A stretch of DNA of 44,036 nt from an uncultured Nitrospinaceae bacterium. Its GTDB lineage: Bacteria; UBA8248. The stretch covers positions 1 to 44,036 of the forward strand of contig CAYMWZ010000001.1 in assembly GCA_964394385.1 (NCBI GenBank), written 5' to 3'. The translations under genes were made by a program, and so were the position numbers. Below are positions 1-8,991 of the stretch, piece by piece. Numbering within the stretch: the stretch's first letter is position 1; every line of letters starts with the position of its first letter. The notes beneath the pieces are model-generated. The model did no database searches, was not told where the DNA came from, and saw nothing but the letters and a program-made list of their open reading frames with translations.

Positions 1-56
1 ATGAAGATCCGCGGGCTCCGGCGGCATGGGCCGGTCGCCTTGGCCGGGCCATCCGC

Positions 57-1796
57 GTGTGGATCGAGCGCGCCCTCCCGCCGGGGGCGCTCCTCGCCGG
101 AGGCTCCCTCCTCGTCCTCCTCTTTGGCCTGGACCGCACGGGGGAGTCCTTGCTTCTCATCTTTCTTTGGGCCCTTTTCCTTCAGCGGCTGGTCCTGGGG
201 GGGGTGACGGCACTCCTGGCCCCCGAGGGGCCCTCCTGGCGCCTGCTCCCGGCCTCGGACGGGACGGCGGCCTATCTCTCCCTGTGGAGCCAGCGCTTCG
301 TCCTCGTCTGGGTGTGGGGGGAGGCGCTCGCCCAGGCGGCCGAGGCGCTCGCGTTGGGAGCCGATGCCTCGGCCCTGCTGTCCAACCTCTACCGCTTCAT
401 CCTCCTCCTTCAGGCGCTCGTTCTGGTGTCCCAGCAGCGGGATCGCGTCCGCTCGCTCCTCTCCGCCCGCGAGCCCGAGGATGCCGCCGGGGCGGTCCGC
501 TTCGCCATCGCGGCCTGTAACGTCGTCGCCGCCCGCTGGCACTTCGTGGCGATACCTTACCTCATCGCCTTTTTCGCGGTCTGGAGCACCGGCTCCCAGG
601 TGGGCCTCAACTACCTTCTCCGGGCGACCGCCCTGACCGCGCTAGTCCTCGCGGTTGCGGCAGCGCTGAGCCGCCTCGTGCGGCTGGGCACGAAGCGCCT
701 CTTCGCCGTGAGCGAGCGCCTCAAAACTCTCGTTCCCGGAATCGAGGAACGCGCGAACCGCTACACCCCCGTCATCTCCGGGGCGATGCGCGCTCTCATC
801 TGGGTGGGCGCCTTTCTTTTCGTGCTCGACGCGTGGGGCGTGCCCTCGCTGGACATCTTATTCTCAAACGCGGGGATCAGGTTCATCGGTGGCCTTGCGG
901 GCATCGCCATAACGCTGGCCGTGGCGACGGGAGCGATCGAGGCCTGCCGCGCGGCGATCGACCACTTCCTGTCCGGGCGGCGGGACGCGCGGGGGGAGCC
1001 CATTTTGCCCACCCCTCAACAGCGGACGCTTCTCCCGCTGGGCTTCTCCGTCGTCAAGTGGGCGGCCATCTCCATCGCGGGGATCATCATCCTCGACAAG
1101 CTGGGGGTGAACATCGCGCCCGTTCTGGCGGGGGCGGGGATCCTGGGCCTGGCGGTGGGTTTCGGGGCGCAGTCCCTCGTCAAGGACATCATCACCGGCG
1201 TCTTCCTGCTGCTCGAGAACAACATCGCCGTCGGGGATGTCGTGAAGGTGAAGGACATCGGGGGGCTGGTTGAAGGTTTCAACCTGCGCTCGGTCCGCCT
1301 GCGCGACTATGACGGCAACGTCCATGTCATTCCCAACGGCGCCATCGACGTCGTGACGAACTACACCAAAGAATACAGCCGCGCGGTGTTCGACATCGGG
1401 GTGGCCTACCGGGAGAACGTGGACGAGGTGATCGAGGTGATCCGCCAGGTGGGCGAGGAGATGCGGGCCGAGCCCGAGTGGGCCGACGCGATCCTCGAGC
1501 CCGTCGAAATCGCGGGCCTGGACCGCTTCGCCGACTCGGCCGTCGTCATCCGGGGGCGGTTCAAGACCAAGCCCATCAAGCAGTGGTCGGTCAGGCGAGA
1601 ATTCTTCCGCCGCATCAAGATAGCGTTCGACGAGCGCGGGATCGAGATCCCCTTCCCCTACCGCACCCTCACCTGGGCCGAGCCCAAAAAAACCGAGCCC
1701 GGGCCGCTGCCCTCGGCCAGGGGCGAGAGGTCGGAGAACCCCTCGAGCCCGCCCCCAGGACCGCCGCGAGGCGCCTCCGGCTCAGGCCGGGGCTGA
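57..1796 (+). CDS. MscS-family mechanosensitive ion channel with long multi-TM N-terminal extension
   Basis: 579-aa ORF. The C-terminal half carries the MscS pore and beta-domain signature (GAQSLVKDIITGVFLLLENNIAVGDVVKV...GLVEGFNLRSVRLRDYDGNVHVIPNG), and the N-terminal segments are hydrophobic. The frame is open to the left window edge, so the true start may be GTG 57 or lie upstream of the window. Confidence 0.85.
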   Translation: MWIERALPPGALLAGGSLLVLLFGLDRTGESLLLIFLWALFLQRLVLGGVTALLAPEGPSWRLLPASDGTAAYLSLWSQRFVLVWVWGEALAQAAEALALGADASALLSNLYRFILLLQALVLVSQQRDRVRSLLSAREPEDAAGAVRFAIAACNVVAARWHFVAIPYLIAFFAVWSTGSQVGLNYLLRATALTALVLAVAAALSRLVRLGTKRLFAVSERLKTLVPGIEERANRYTPVISGAMRALIWVGAFLFVLDAWGVPSLDILFSNAGIRFIGGLAGIAITLAVATGAIEACRAAIDHFLSGRRDARGEPILPTPQQRTLLPLGFSVVKWAAISIAGIIILDKLGVNIAPVLAGAGILGLAVGFGAQSLVKDIITGVFLLLENNIAVGDVVKVKDIGGLVEGFNLRSVRLRDYDGNVHVIPNGAIDVVTNYTKEYSRAVFDIGVAYRENVDEVIEVIRQVGEEMRAEPEWADAILEPVEIAGLDRFADSAVVIRGRFKTKPIKQWSVRREFFRRIKIAFDERGIEIPFPYRTLTWAEPKKTEPGPLPSARGERSENPSSPPPGPPRGASGSGRG

Positions 1797-1814
1797 TCGA
1801 GCCTTGGATCTTGA

Positions 1815-1900
1815 TGGTGCCGGAGGGGGGAATCGAACCCCCATGGGCTTGCGCCCGGCGGATTTTGAGTCCGCTGCGTCTACCGTTCCGCCACTCCGGC
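1815..1900 (-). tRNA. tRNA-Leu (anticodon CAA)
   Basis: Reverse complement reads GCCGGAG-TG-GCGGAACGGTAGACGCA-GCGGA-CTCAAAA-TCCGC-long variable arm (GGGC..GCCC)-GGGGG-TTCGATT-CCCCC-CTCCGGC-ACCA. It has a 7-bp acceptor stem, a 5-bp anticodon stem, a CAA anticodon, a class II long variable arm and an encoded CCA. Confidence 0.9.
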
Positions 1901-1956
1901 GGGAAATTTTGTGCGTCGGGCCTGGCCCGGAAGGCTCCGGCCGGGGCCGGGGCACG

Positions 1957-2199
1957 CTACCTCCCCCCATCGTACTCCGCCCAGTCGGAGGGGACGACCT
2001 CCTGGACCTCCACCCGCCAGGCGACCGAGCCCTCGCAGTCCGGGCACAGGACGATGAAGCGCACCTCGATGTCCTCCTCCATCTCGTCGCGAAAGACCTT
2101 GAGGCAGTTGCGGCAGTGCACCCGCCTGCATGCCGTGCAGGCGTTCGGCCGGGGATGGCGGAACCGCATCCCGCAGGCGGGGCACTCGTGCGCTTCCAC
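1957..2199 (-). CDS. small cysteine-rich (4x CxxC) zinc-ribbon-like hypothetical protein, 80 aa
   Basis: C-terminal part of ORF 1957..2481. GTG at 2199 is preceded by GAGGAA with a 6-nt spacer. Translation is VEAHECPACGMRFRHPRPNACTACRRVHCRNCLKVFRDEMEEDIEVRFIVLCPDCEGS.... Third-position GC and codon choice look like the neighbouring genes. The rest of the 174-aa ORF overlaps the fmdB-like gene and is rejected. Confidence 0.5.
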   Translation of the reverse strand: MEAHECPACGMRFRHPRPNACTACRRVHCRNCLKVFRDEMEEDIEVRFIVLCPDCEGSVAWRVEVQEVVPSDWAEYDGGR

Positions 2200-2258
2200 C
2201 AAGATTCCTCGGCAAGGGGGCGGGCTGCGCGTCCAGGGCGGGCTGAATCCGCGGGGGC

Positions 2259-2564
2259 CTAATCGTCGGAGGCTTTGCTCTCGGAGGTTTTGCTCTCCGT
2301 CTTCTTTTGCTTCTCGCCGGGCTTCTCCCCGACCGCGCCCTCCCCGTTGGAGGAGGACTCGGCCGCGGCCGGCTTCTTCCCGTTCGCCTTGTAGTCGGAG
2401 ACGTACCATCCCCCTCCTTTGAGGTGGAAGGCCGAGCGGGAGACCTTCCGCCGAAGCTTCAAGGCGCCGCAGGAGGGGCACTTGCGCAGGGGGCGGTCGG
2501 AGGCCTTTTGGATCTTCTCATGTTCTTCGCCGCAAGCGTGGCAAACGTACTCATAAATCGGCAC
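2259..2564 (-). CDS. FmdB-family putative regulatory zinc-ribbon protein (CxxC_CxxC_SSSS)
   Basis: The N-terminus MPIYEYVCHACGEEHEKIQKASDRPLRKCPSCG...LKRKVS is the canonical FmdB/zinc-ribbon motif, followed by a low-complexity K/E/S-rich tail. The start is GTG, preceded by AGGAGGAAG with a 7-nt spacer. Confidence 0.85.
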   Translation of the reverse strand: MPIYEYVCHACGEEHEKIQKASDRPLRKCPSCGALKLRRKVSRSAFHLKGGGWYVSDYKANGKKPAAAESSSNGEGAVGEKPGEKQKKTESKTSESKASDD

Positions 2565-2601
2565 TGGTGCGCTTCCTCCTGGTTTCCTGCAGGCGGTTCC
2601 C

Positions 2602-3516
2602 TCAAACAGCGGTGAGCCAGCTCAGCCGGCTTTCGTCCTCTCCATTCACCACGGCGAAGAAGGCGGCCTGGAGCCGAAGGGTGACGAGGCCTGGCTTGCC
2701 CTCGCCGATCGGCCGGCCGTCCACTTCCCGGATGGGCGTCACCTCCGCCGCCGTTCCCGTAAAAAAGGCTTCGTCCGCCGCATACACCTCGTCGCGGGTA
2801 ATGGGGGAGGTCTCAACCAGCATGCCCTGCTCCCGCGCCAGCTCCATCACCGTGTCCCGCGTCACCCCCCGCAGCACGCCGTGGAGGGGAGGCGTTTTGA
2901 TGATCCCGTCGCGGACGATGAAGATATTCTCCCCCGAGCCCTGAGCCACGAGGCCCTCGGGATCCAGCATGATCGCCTCATCGTAGCCCGCCCTGACAGC
3001 TTCCATCTTGGCCAGCTGGCTGACGGCGTAGTTGCCGGTGGTCTTGGCCTTGGTCATATAGCTGTTCGGATGATGGCTCGTGTAGGAGGACACCTTGACC
3101 CGGATCCCATTCTTCAGGCCCTCCTCTCCCAGGTAGGCGCCCCAGCTCCAGACCGCCACCATGCAGCGCACGGGGGCTCCCTTTGGGTTGACGCCCATCG
3201 AGCCATATCCCAGCCACACCAGGGGGCGGATGTAGCAGGTTTCCAGTCCGTTGAGGCGCACGGTCTCGAGGATGGCCTCCGTGTAGGTCTTCCGATCGAA
3301 TGGGATTTCGATGCCCACGATGCGGGCCGAGTCGTAGAGCCGTCGCATATGCTCGTGCAGGCGGAACACCGCAGGCCCTCGCCGGGTCTTGTAGCACCGG
3401 ATCCCCTCAAAAATCCCGAGGCCATAGTGCAGGCTGTGGGTCAGAACGTGGATCTTTGCCTCATCCCAGGGGACGAATTTCCCGTCTATCCAGATCTTCT
3501 CCGTGGCTCCTTTCAA
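2602..3516 (-). CDS. ilvE: branched-chain amino acid aminotransferase (class IV PLP enzyme)
   Basis: 304 aa with IWIDGKFVPWDEAKIHVLTHSLHYGLGIFEGIRCY and the rest of the length collinear with IlvE. The start codon is TTG, with GGGAGA 7 nt upstream. Confidence 0.93.
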   Translation of the reverse strand: MKGATEKIWIDGKFVPWDEAKIHVLTHSLHYGLGIFEGIRCYKTRRGPAVFRLHEHMRRLYDSARIVGIEIPFDRKTYTEAILETVRLNGLETCYIRPLVWLGYGSMGVNPKGAPVRCMVAVWSWGAYLGEEGLKNGIRVKVSSYTSHHPNSYMTKAKTTGNYAVSQLAKMEAVRAGYDEAIMLDPEGLVAQGSGENIFIVRDGIIKTPPLHGVLRGVTRDTVMELAREQGMLVETSPITRDEVYAADEAFFTGTAAEVTPIREVDGRPIGEGKPGLVTLRLQAAFFAVVNGEDESRLSWLTAV

Positions 3517-3569
3517 AGCCTTGTCTCCCGTGATGAGAGCAACGCTGCCGAAAATCGGACAACCGGGGA

Positions 3570-3599
3570 AGTATAATGAGCGCAGCGAGCCATGCGCAA
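3570..3599 (-). promoter_or_regulatory. candidate sigma70-type promoter for ilvE (-35 TTGCGC, 18-nt spacer, -10 TATACT)
   Basis: The minus strand reads TTGCGC (3599-3594), then 18 nt, then TATACT (3575-3570), about 55 nt upstream of the ilvE start. This is a pattern match only. Confidence 0.3.
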
Positions 3600-3631
3600 G
3601 CCGCCCGCCGCCCCCCTCCGTGAGGGTCGGC

Positions 3632-4615
3632 CTAGTCCTCGTACACCTCGGGATTGAGCAAGGTCGCGGGGAGCACCCTCTCGCCGCGGATGGCCCGGAT
3701 CACGTTCTCCGCCGCAAGCCGATTGATGCGCTCTCTAGCCTGGTGCGTCCCTCCCGCCAGGTGAGGGGTGACCACAACATTCGGCAAGAGGAACAGGGGA
3801 TTGTCCCTGCGGGGGGGCTCCTCCTCGAAGACGTCAATGCCCGCCCCTCCGATCACCCCCTCCCGGAGGGCCTCCACCAACGCGGCCTCGTCGATGACCG
3901 CCCCCCGGGCGCAATTCACGATGATGGCGTGGGGCTTCATCATCCGGAAGCGGGCGGCATCGAACAGGTGGCGCGTCTCCGGCGTGAGGCTGCAGTGGAT
4001 GGAGATCAGGTCGGACTCGCGGGTCAAGGTGTCCAGGTTCACCGGCTCCGCCCCGCCAGCGCGGATCCGATCGGCCGGCACATAAGCATCATAACTCAGG
4101 ATGCGCCCCTCAAACCCCCGCAGGAGGCGGGCCAGCTCCCGCCCGACGTTGCCGAAGCCCACGATCCCGAAGGTGGCGCCGGTCAGCTCGCTCGCGATTC
4201 GCAGCGCATCGCGCCACACGCCCTCCTTGAGCCTCTGCATGGCCTGGGGAATGTGCCGCCCCGCCGCCAGCATGAGCCCGAGGGCCGCCTCCGCCACGGC
4301 GACCGCGTTTGCCCCGGGGCAGTTCGTCACGGGAATCTGCCGCCGGGTCGCGGCCGGGATGTCGATGTTCTCCACCCCCACTCCGATCTTGGCGATGATC
4401 TTGAGCCGGTGGGCCGCCTCGATGACCCGACCGGTGATTTGCTCCCGCGAGGTGACCAAGATGGCGTCCCATGCCCCGGCATTTCGCGCGAGCTCTTCCT
4501 CCGACCACTTGCGGGGGCCGCCCTCGCGGACCTCCCCGTGGGGGCTTAAAAGGTTCAGGAGCGTCTCCTTCGGCTCCCGCGCCTCGGGGATGAAAAATAC
4601 GGGTCGCCCGCTCAA
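3632..4615 (-). CDS. D-isomer-specific 2-hydroxyacid dehydrogenase (phosphoglycerate dehydrogenase / glyoxylate reductase-like, no ACT domain)
   Basis: NAD-binding motif GIVGFGNVGRELARLLRGFEGRILSYD and catalytic-region motifs NCARG, DVFEEEP and TPHLAG. ORF 3632..4846 overlaps nadX at its 5' end and has no internal ATG. I place the start at TTG 4615 (LSGRPVFFIPEA...), with GAGGAG 10 nt upstream. Confidence 0.85.
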   Translation of the reverse strand: MSGRPVFFIPEAREPKETLLNLLSPHGEVREGGPRKWSEEELARNAGAWDAILVTSREQITGRVIEAAHRLKIIAKIGVGVENIDIPAATRRQIPVTNCPGANAVAVAEAALGLMLAAGRHIPQAMQRLKEGVWRDALRIASELTGATFGIVGFGNVGRELARLLRGFEGRILSYDAYVPADRIRAGGAEPVNLDTLTRESDLISIHCSLTPETRHLFDAARFRMMKPHAIIVNCARGAVIDEAALVEALREGVIGGAGIDVFEEEPPRRDNPLFLLPNVVVTPHLAGGTHQARERINRLAAENVIRAIRGERVLPATLLNPEVYED

Positions 4616-4668
4616 CGCGCGTCTTCTCCTCTGCTCCCTGAGAGATAGATCCGAGCATGAGCTCGGGG

Positions 4669-5466
4669 CTAGGTTCCCACCACCAGGGCGGCCTTCCGCC
4701 CGCGCAAGAAGGCGATGGTCGAAAGGTAGCTCAGGATGCCCGTCCGCTGGTTCTCCGACGGGACATTTTCGATGCGAATGAAGGAGCGCCCGAATTCGCC
4801 CACGGCCTCTACCTCGTGAATGTTCCGGTCCACGGTCGGGTCGCATACGATGCGCATCGTCGTCCGACGGGGCCCAACGCCGGCCAAGCTGACCGCGGCC
4901 GAGACGTTCACGTTTGCGGGAAAGCCCTTGCAGGCCTCGATCGGACTGCCCTCAAAGATCACCGTCGGCTCGCGGATGGCGTCGAGGTCGATCCGCCTCT
5001 CCTCCACATAGGGGGCGCCCTTCAAGCTCGCAGGGGGTTTGCGCGTGGTCATGACGACCGAATCCACGCGCCCCACGGCGGCGCCCTTGAGTCCATCCAG
5101 GCCAATGATGGCGCCCGAGGGGACGAAGATGCGTCCCCCGTGGCGCTCCGCCAGGCCGACGAGATCCTCCCGCTCAAGCAGAGCGCCCACTGAATTGACG
5201 ATCACGTCCTTCCCCCGGGAGAGCACCTCCCGGCAGATGGCCTCCACCGTGGGGCCACCCGAGGCTTCCAGGACCACCTCCGCCGCCTCGGCCACCCCCC
5301 GCAGGTCGGTCAGGGGCGGGGGGTTCTTGAGGGCCGCGAGAAACGCCTCGGCCTTCGCGGGAGTGCGCGTCGTCACCGCCGCCACCACGACGGGGACCTC
5401 ACCCGCATCGGCCGCCCTGACCACCGCCCTGCCGATGACCCCCAAGCCGACAACGCCAAGCTTCAT
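4669..5466 (-). CDS. nadX: L-aspartate dehydrogenase
   Basis: 265 aa. N-terminal Rossmann motif MKLGVVGLGVIGRAV, then FVPSGAIIGLDGLK, FEGSPIEACKGFPANVNVSA and DRNIHEVEAVGEFGRSFIRIENVPSENQRTG, collinear with Thermotoga-type NadX. Confidence 0.88.
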   Translation of the reverse strand: MKLGVVGLGVIGRAVVRAADAGEVPVVVAAVTTRTPAKAEAFLAALKNPPPLTDLRGVAEAAEVVLEASGGPTVEAICREVLSRGKDVIVNSVGALLEREDLVGLAERHGGRIFVPSGAIIGLDGLKGAAVGRVDSVVMTTRKPPASLKGAPYVEERRIDLDAIREPTVIFEGSPIEACKGFPANVNVSAAVSLAGVGPRRTTMRIVCDPTVDRNIHEVEAVGEFGRSFIRIENVPSENQRTGILSYLSTIAFLRGRKAALVVGT

Positions 5467-5609
5467 GGGACATGCTCCCGGAAAACCGAAAATCCCCCCC
5501 CCTCGCCCCCGGTCGGGCCTCGTGAGGGATGTGGCTTTCCAACGCTCATCCTGCTACATTACCCGGAAGCGCCCAAACTGGCCAAATACCTCCTGGAAGG
5601 AGGCGCCCC

Positions 5610-6296
5610 ATGGGCTTTGAGGCCATTCTGAGCCAAGCTTCTCTTTTCTCCCACCTCCCCAACGAGGCCCTGAATCAGCTCTCCGGCCAGCTCCAGCACC
5701 GCCGCTACGAGCGGGAGCAAATCATCTTCCACAAAAACGACCCCGGCTCCACCCTCTACATCATCATCGCGGGAAAGGTGAAAATCATCCTCCCTTCGCC
5801 CGAAGGGGAAAGCGTGATCGTCGCCCTCCTCTCCACCGGCGAATTTTTCGGGGAGCTTTCCCTCTTCGACGGGGCGCCCCGCTCGGCGACGGCGGTCGCC
5901 TCGGAGCCCACCGAGATCCTCACCCTCGACAAGGGCGATTTCAACCGCTACCTGCTGGAAAACCCCCGCGCCGCCGTCGTCATCCTCTCCGAACTGAGCC
6001 TCCGCCTCCGGCGGACCGACGAGCTGCTGAGCGATGCGGCCTTCTGCAACCTCACCACCCGCCTGGCGAAGCGGCTCCTCGAACTTTCCAAGCGCTACGG
6101 CCAGCCCGGGCCAGACGGCAAGGCCATCCGGATCAATCTCCGCCTCAAGCAGCAAGACCTCGCGGACATGGCGGGCGCCACCCGCGAGAGCGTCAACAAG
6201 GTGCTCAAATCATTTAAAGAGAATAACCTGCTCCGATGGAGCAAAGGGTATATCACCCTCCTGGACCCCGATACACTCCGCCGCAGATCCCGCTGA
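5610..6296 (+). CDS. Crp/Fnr-family transcriptional regulator (cNMP-binding domain + C-terminal HTH)
   Basis: The sequence from LFSHLPNEALNQL to FGELSLFDGAPRSATAVA is a cNMP-binding beta-roll. The C-terminal DLADMAGATRESVNKVLKSF is the HTH. ATG 5610 is preceded by GGAGG; the track start at 5529 is rejected. Confidence 0.88.
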   Translation: MGFEAILSQASLFSHLPNEALNQLSGQLQHRRYEREQIIFHKNDPGSTLYIIIAGKVKIILPSPEGESVIVALLSTGEFFGELSLFDGAPRSATAVASEPTEILTLDKGDFNRYLLENPRAAVVILSELSLRLRRTDELLSDAAFCNLTTRLAKRLLELSKRYGQPGPDGKAIRINLRLKQQDLADMAGATRESVNKVLKSFKENNLLRWSKGYITLLDPDTLRRRSR

Positions 6297-6325
6297 TTTT
6301 TCTGTCCGGAGGGGAGGGGTCCGCC

Positions 6326-7402
6326 CTATCTCTCGATGCGGCCGCCCAGGCTGAGCCGCCAGTGATCCGCTAGGACCACCGCCATCATCGCCTCCCCAAT
6401 GGGCACCGCCCGCGTGGCCACGCAGGGGTCGTGACGGCCCTCGACCCGGACCTTGGTCCTCTCCCCGGCGAGCGTGACGGTGTCCTGCTCGATGAGAATC
6501 GAGGATGTGGGCTTGACGGCGAAGCGCACCACGATGGGCGCCCCGGTGGAGATGCCTCCCAGGATGCCTCCCGCGTTGTTCGTGCGCGGCACCACCTTCC
6601 CCGCCACGAAGTCGAACGGATCGTTGTGCGCAGAGCCGCGCATGGAGGCCGAACGAAAACCCGCCCCGATTTCCACGCCCTTGACGGCGTTGATGCCCAT
6701 CATGGCCGCGGCCAGATCGGCGTCCAGCCGCCCGTAGAGAGGCTCCCCCCACCCCGCGGGGACGCCGGTCGCGATCACGGTAATGACGCCCCCTACCGAG
6801 TCCCCCGCCTTGCGGGCGGCGAGGATGGCTTCCTCCATCCGGCGGGCGGTTTCCGCATGCGGGCAGCGGACGGGGTTTCGCTCGATCTCCTCGGGGTCGA
6901 AGGTCTCCCCGTCCCAGACGACCCCCTCGATCTGGCTCACGAAACCCTGGATGGAGATGTCTTGGGTCGCGAGAAGTTTCTTCGCCACCGCCCCGGCGGC
7001 AACCCGCGCGGCCGTCTCTCGGGCGCTCGATCGGCCCCCGCCACGATGGTCGCGGCGGCCCCACTTCGCGATGTAGGTGAAGTCGGCGTGCCCGGGCCGG
7101 AAAAGGTTTCTCAATGGCTCGTATTTCGATGGGTCAGCATCGCTGTTCCGGATCAGAATCGCGATCGGCGCCCCGGTCGTGTAGCCCTCGAACACCCCCG
7201 AGAGGATCTCGGCCCGGTCCTCCTCTTTCCGCTGGGTGGTGACCCGGCTCTGCCCGGGGCGGCGGCGGTCGAGGTCGCGCTGAAGGTCCCCCTCCTCGAG
7301 AGGGAGCCCCGCAGGGCAGCCGTCCACGACGACACCGATCGCGGGCCCGTGGGACTCCCCCCAGGTGGTGAAGCGAAATGCCCTGCCGAAGGTGTTGGAC
7401 AT
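6326..7402 (-). CDS. aroC: chorismate synthase
   Basis: MSNTFGRAFRFTTWGESHGPAIGVVVDGCPAG...GGGRSSARETAARVAAG... is full-length AroC. The first track codon is TTG (7405); ATG 7402 has GAGGGGGAG 6 nt upstream. Confidence 0.95.
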   Translation of the reverse strand: MSNTFGRAFRFTTWGESHGPAIGVVVDGCPAGLPLEEGDLQRDLDRRRPGQSRVTTQRKEEDRAEILSGVFEGYTTGAPIAILIRNSDADPSKYEPLRNLFRPGHADFTYIAKWGRRDHRGGGRSSARETAARVAAGAVAKKLLATQDISIQGFVSQIEGVVWDGETFDPEEIERNPVRCPHAETARRMEEAILAARKAGDSVGGVITVIATGVPAGWGEPLYGRLDADLAAAMMGINAVKGVEIGAGFRSASMRGSAHNDPFDFVAGKVVPRTNNAGGILGGISTGAPIVVRFAVKPTSSILIEQDTVTLAGERTKVRVEGRHDPCVATRAVPIGEAMMAVVLADHWRLSLGGRIER

Positions 7403-7423
7403 CAAAATCTCCCCCTCAGCGGC

Positions 7424-7966
7424 TCACCGCGGGGCCTTCCGCCAAAGGAGCACCTGGCGGGCGACCTCCCCGGCCAATCGGGCGGGATCGCTTCCGTCGG
7501 GGTTATCGACAACCACGTCGGCAATCGCCTCATAGCGCGGCAGACGCTCGGCCAGCGTGCGGCGCAGGGCGCCCTCGGGATCCGCCTCCCCATCCAAGAA
7601 GGCCGGCCACCCGCTCTCCCGAGCCCGGCGGACCAAATCCGCCTCAGGAACCCTGAGATACGCCACGCAATGGGGCCGAAGCACCTCGACGGCCTCGGGC
7701 CCAAGCGCGGCCCCGCCTCCCAGCGCGAGCACCAAACCCTCCTCCGCCAACGCCTTCTGGAGCAGACGGCGCTCGAGCTCTCGGAAGGCCGCAGGGCCCA
7801 GCCGCCGATAGGACTCCCGGAAGGTCACGGACTCTCCCAGCTGCTCGGCCGCCGCGGCCTCGATCCTCCGGTCCAGGTCATCGAAGAGGAACCCCAGCCG
7901 CTCGGCGAGAAAGGGGCCCACCGTGGATTTCCCCGCCCCCTTGAAGCCGATCAAAACGACGCTCAA
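7424..7966 (-). CDS. aroK: shikimate kinase
   Basis: P-loop VVLIGFKGAGKSTVGPFLAERLG at the N-terminus. The size is typical if translation starts at TTG 7966, which overlaps the miaA TGA stop (TTGA). The upstream part of ORF 7424..8101 overlaps miaA and is Gly-rich junk. Confidence 0.88.
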   Translation of the reverse strand: MSVVLIGFKGAGKSTVGPFLAERLGFLFDDLDRRIEAAAAEQLGESVTFRESYRRLGPAAFRELERRLLQKALAEEGLVLALGGGAALGPEAVEVLRPHCVAYLRVPEADLVRRARESGWPAFLDGEADPEGALRRTLAERLPRYEAIADVVVDNPDGSDPARLAGEVARQVLLWRKAPR

Positions 7967-8991
7967 CTCCTCATGCCCCCTCGAACGCCGAGGAAGGAGG
8001 GAGACCCCTCCACATAGGCCCAAAGGGCCGCCGCGGCCTCCTCCGCCCGCGCCTCCGCATCCCCAGGGAGCCAACGAATGTTTTTCATCTTGCGAAACCA
8101 TGTCCGCTGGCGCTTGGCGTAGGAGCGGTGAAGGCGGATGATGCGCGCCACGGTGGTTTCGAAATCCGCCTCTCCCCGATGGAAGGCGAGCGCCTCGGCG
8201 TAACCCAAGCCCTCAAACGCCGCCGCCTCGGTCAGACCCGCCTCGGCCAGGGCGGCGGCCTCATCGGGCATCCCCCCCTTCAGCATGCCTCGGACGCGCT
8301 CCTCGATGTGACGCGCGTGCAGCCCCGAAGGCCAGTCAACCCCAAGATAAAGGGGACGGGCAAACCCCCCTCCCCCGGATTCCGAGCGCAGGGCCGAGAT
8401 GGGACGACCCGTCGTGGCAAACACCTCAAGCGCCCGGATCACCCGTTTGCGGTCGTTGGGATGCACGCGGGCCGCCGTCTCGGGGTCGCATGCGGCGAGC
8501 CGGCGATGAAGAGAATCCGCTCCCCCGCGGTCCGCCTCCTCCTCCAGCCTGCGCCGCAGGCCCGGCTGCGCCCCCGGCCCCTCGAACAAACCCTCTACGA
8601 GCGCCCGGATGTAGAGGCCGCTTCCCCCGACCACGAGGGGGAGCCTCCCCCGGGCGTAGACCTCCTCCGCGCAGCGGCGCGCCTCGCGGGCATAGCGGGC
8701 GGCGCTGAAGGTCTCATCCGGCTCGGCCACGTCGACCATGTGGTGCGGAAGGGCCCGGCGCTCCTCCTCAGTCGGTTTGGCCGTGCCGACCGAGAGGCCT
8801 CGGTAGATCTGCCGCGCATCCGCTCCGATCACCTCTATGGAGAGCCCCCGCGCTTTCACTCGGCTCGCCAGAGCGAGAGCAAGGGCTGTCTTGCCTGTGC
8901 AAGTGGGGCCCGCCAGGACGGCGATCGGACGGGGATCCCGCCCCCTCCCAGATCCCCTCCGCTCTCCCGGGCGCCTTCTCACCTCCGGCAT
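7963..8991 (-). CDS. miaA: tRNA dimethylallyltransferase (tRNA isopentenyltransferase)
   Basis: P-loop AVLAGPTCTGKTALALALA, then IEVIGADARQIYRGLSVGTAKPT, VVGGSGLYIRAL and PNDRKRVIRALEV. The start is set at ATG 8991 (MPEVRRRPGERRG..., a short Arg-rich extension). The longer 472-aa ORF overlaps ihfB. Confidence 0.9.
   Translation of the reverse strand: MPEVRRRPGERRGSGRGRDPRPIAVLAGPTCTGKTALALALASRVKARGLSIEVIGADARQIYRGLSVGTAKPTEEERRALPHHMVDVAEPDETFSAARYAREARRCAEEVYARGRLPLVVGGSGLYIRALVEGLFEGPGAQPGLRRRLEEEADRGGADSLHRRLAACDPETAARVHPNDRKRVIRALEVFATTGRPISALRSESGGGGFARPLYLGVDWPSGLHARHIEERVRGMLKGGMPDEAAALAEAGLTEAAAFEGLGYAEALAFHRGEADFETTVARIIRLHRSYAKRQRTWFRKMKNIRWLPGDAEARAEEAAAALWAYVEGSPSFLGVRGGMRS

Noticed and set aside
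1815-1900. tRNA-Leu as a possible genomic-island integration site.
   Set aside because: There is no integrase, no phage or mobile genes, and no direct repeat of the tRNA 3' end that I could spot nearby. The flanking genes are ordinary chromosomal ones.
6431-8017. 528-aa plus-strand ORF antisense to aroC and aroK, and similar ORFs at 3503..4549, 8128..9045, 10833..11711, 22782..24596, 27754..28761, 28952..30181, 36567..37604 and 40745..41899.
   Set aside because: All are antisense to strongly supported genes and have biased, motif-free translations.
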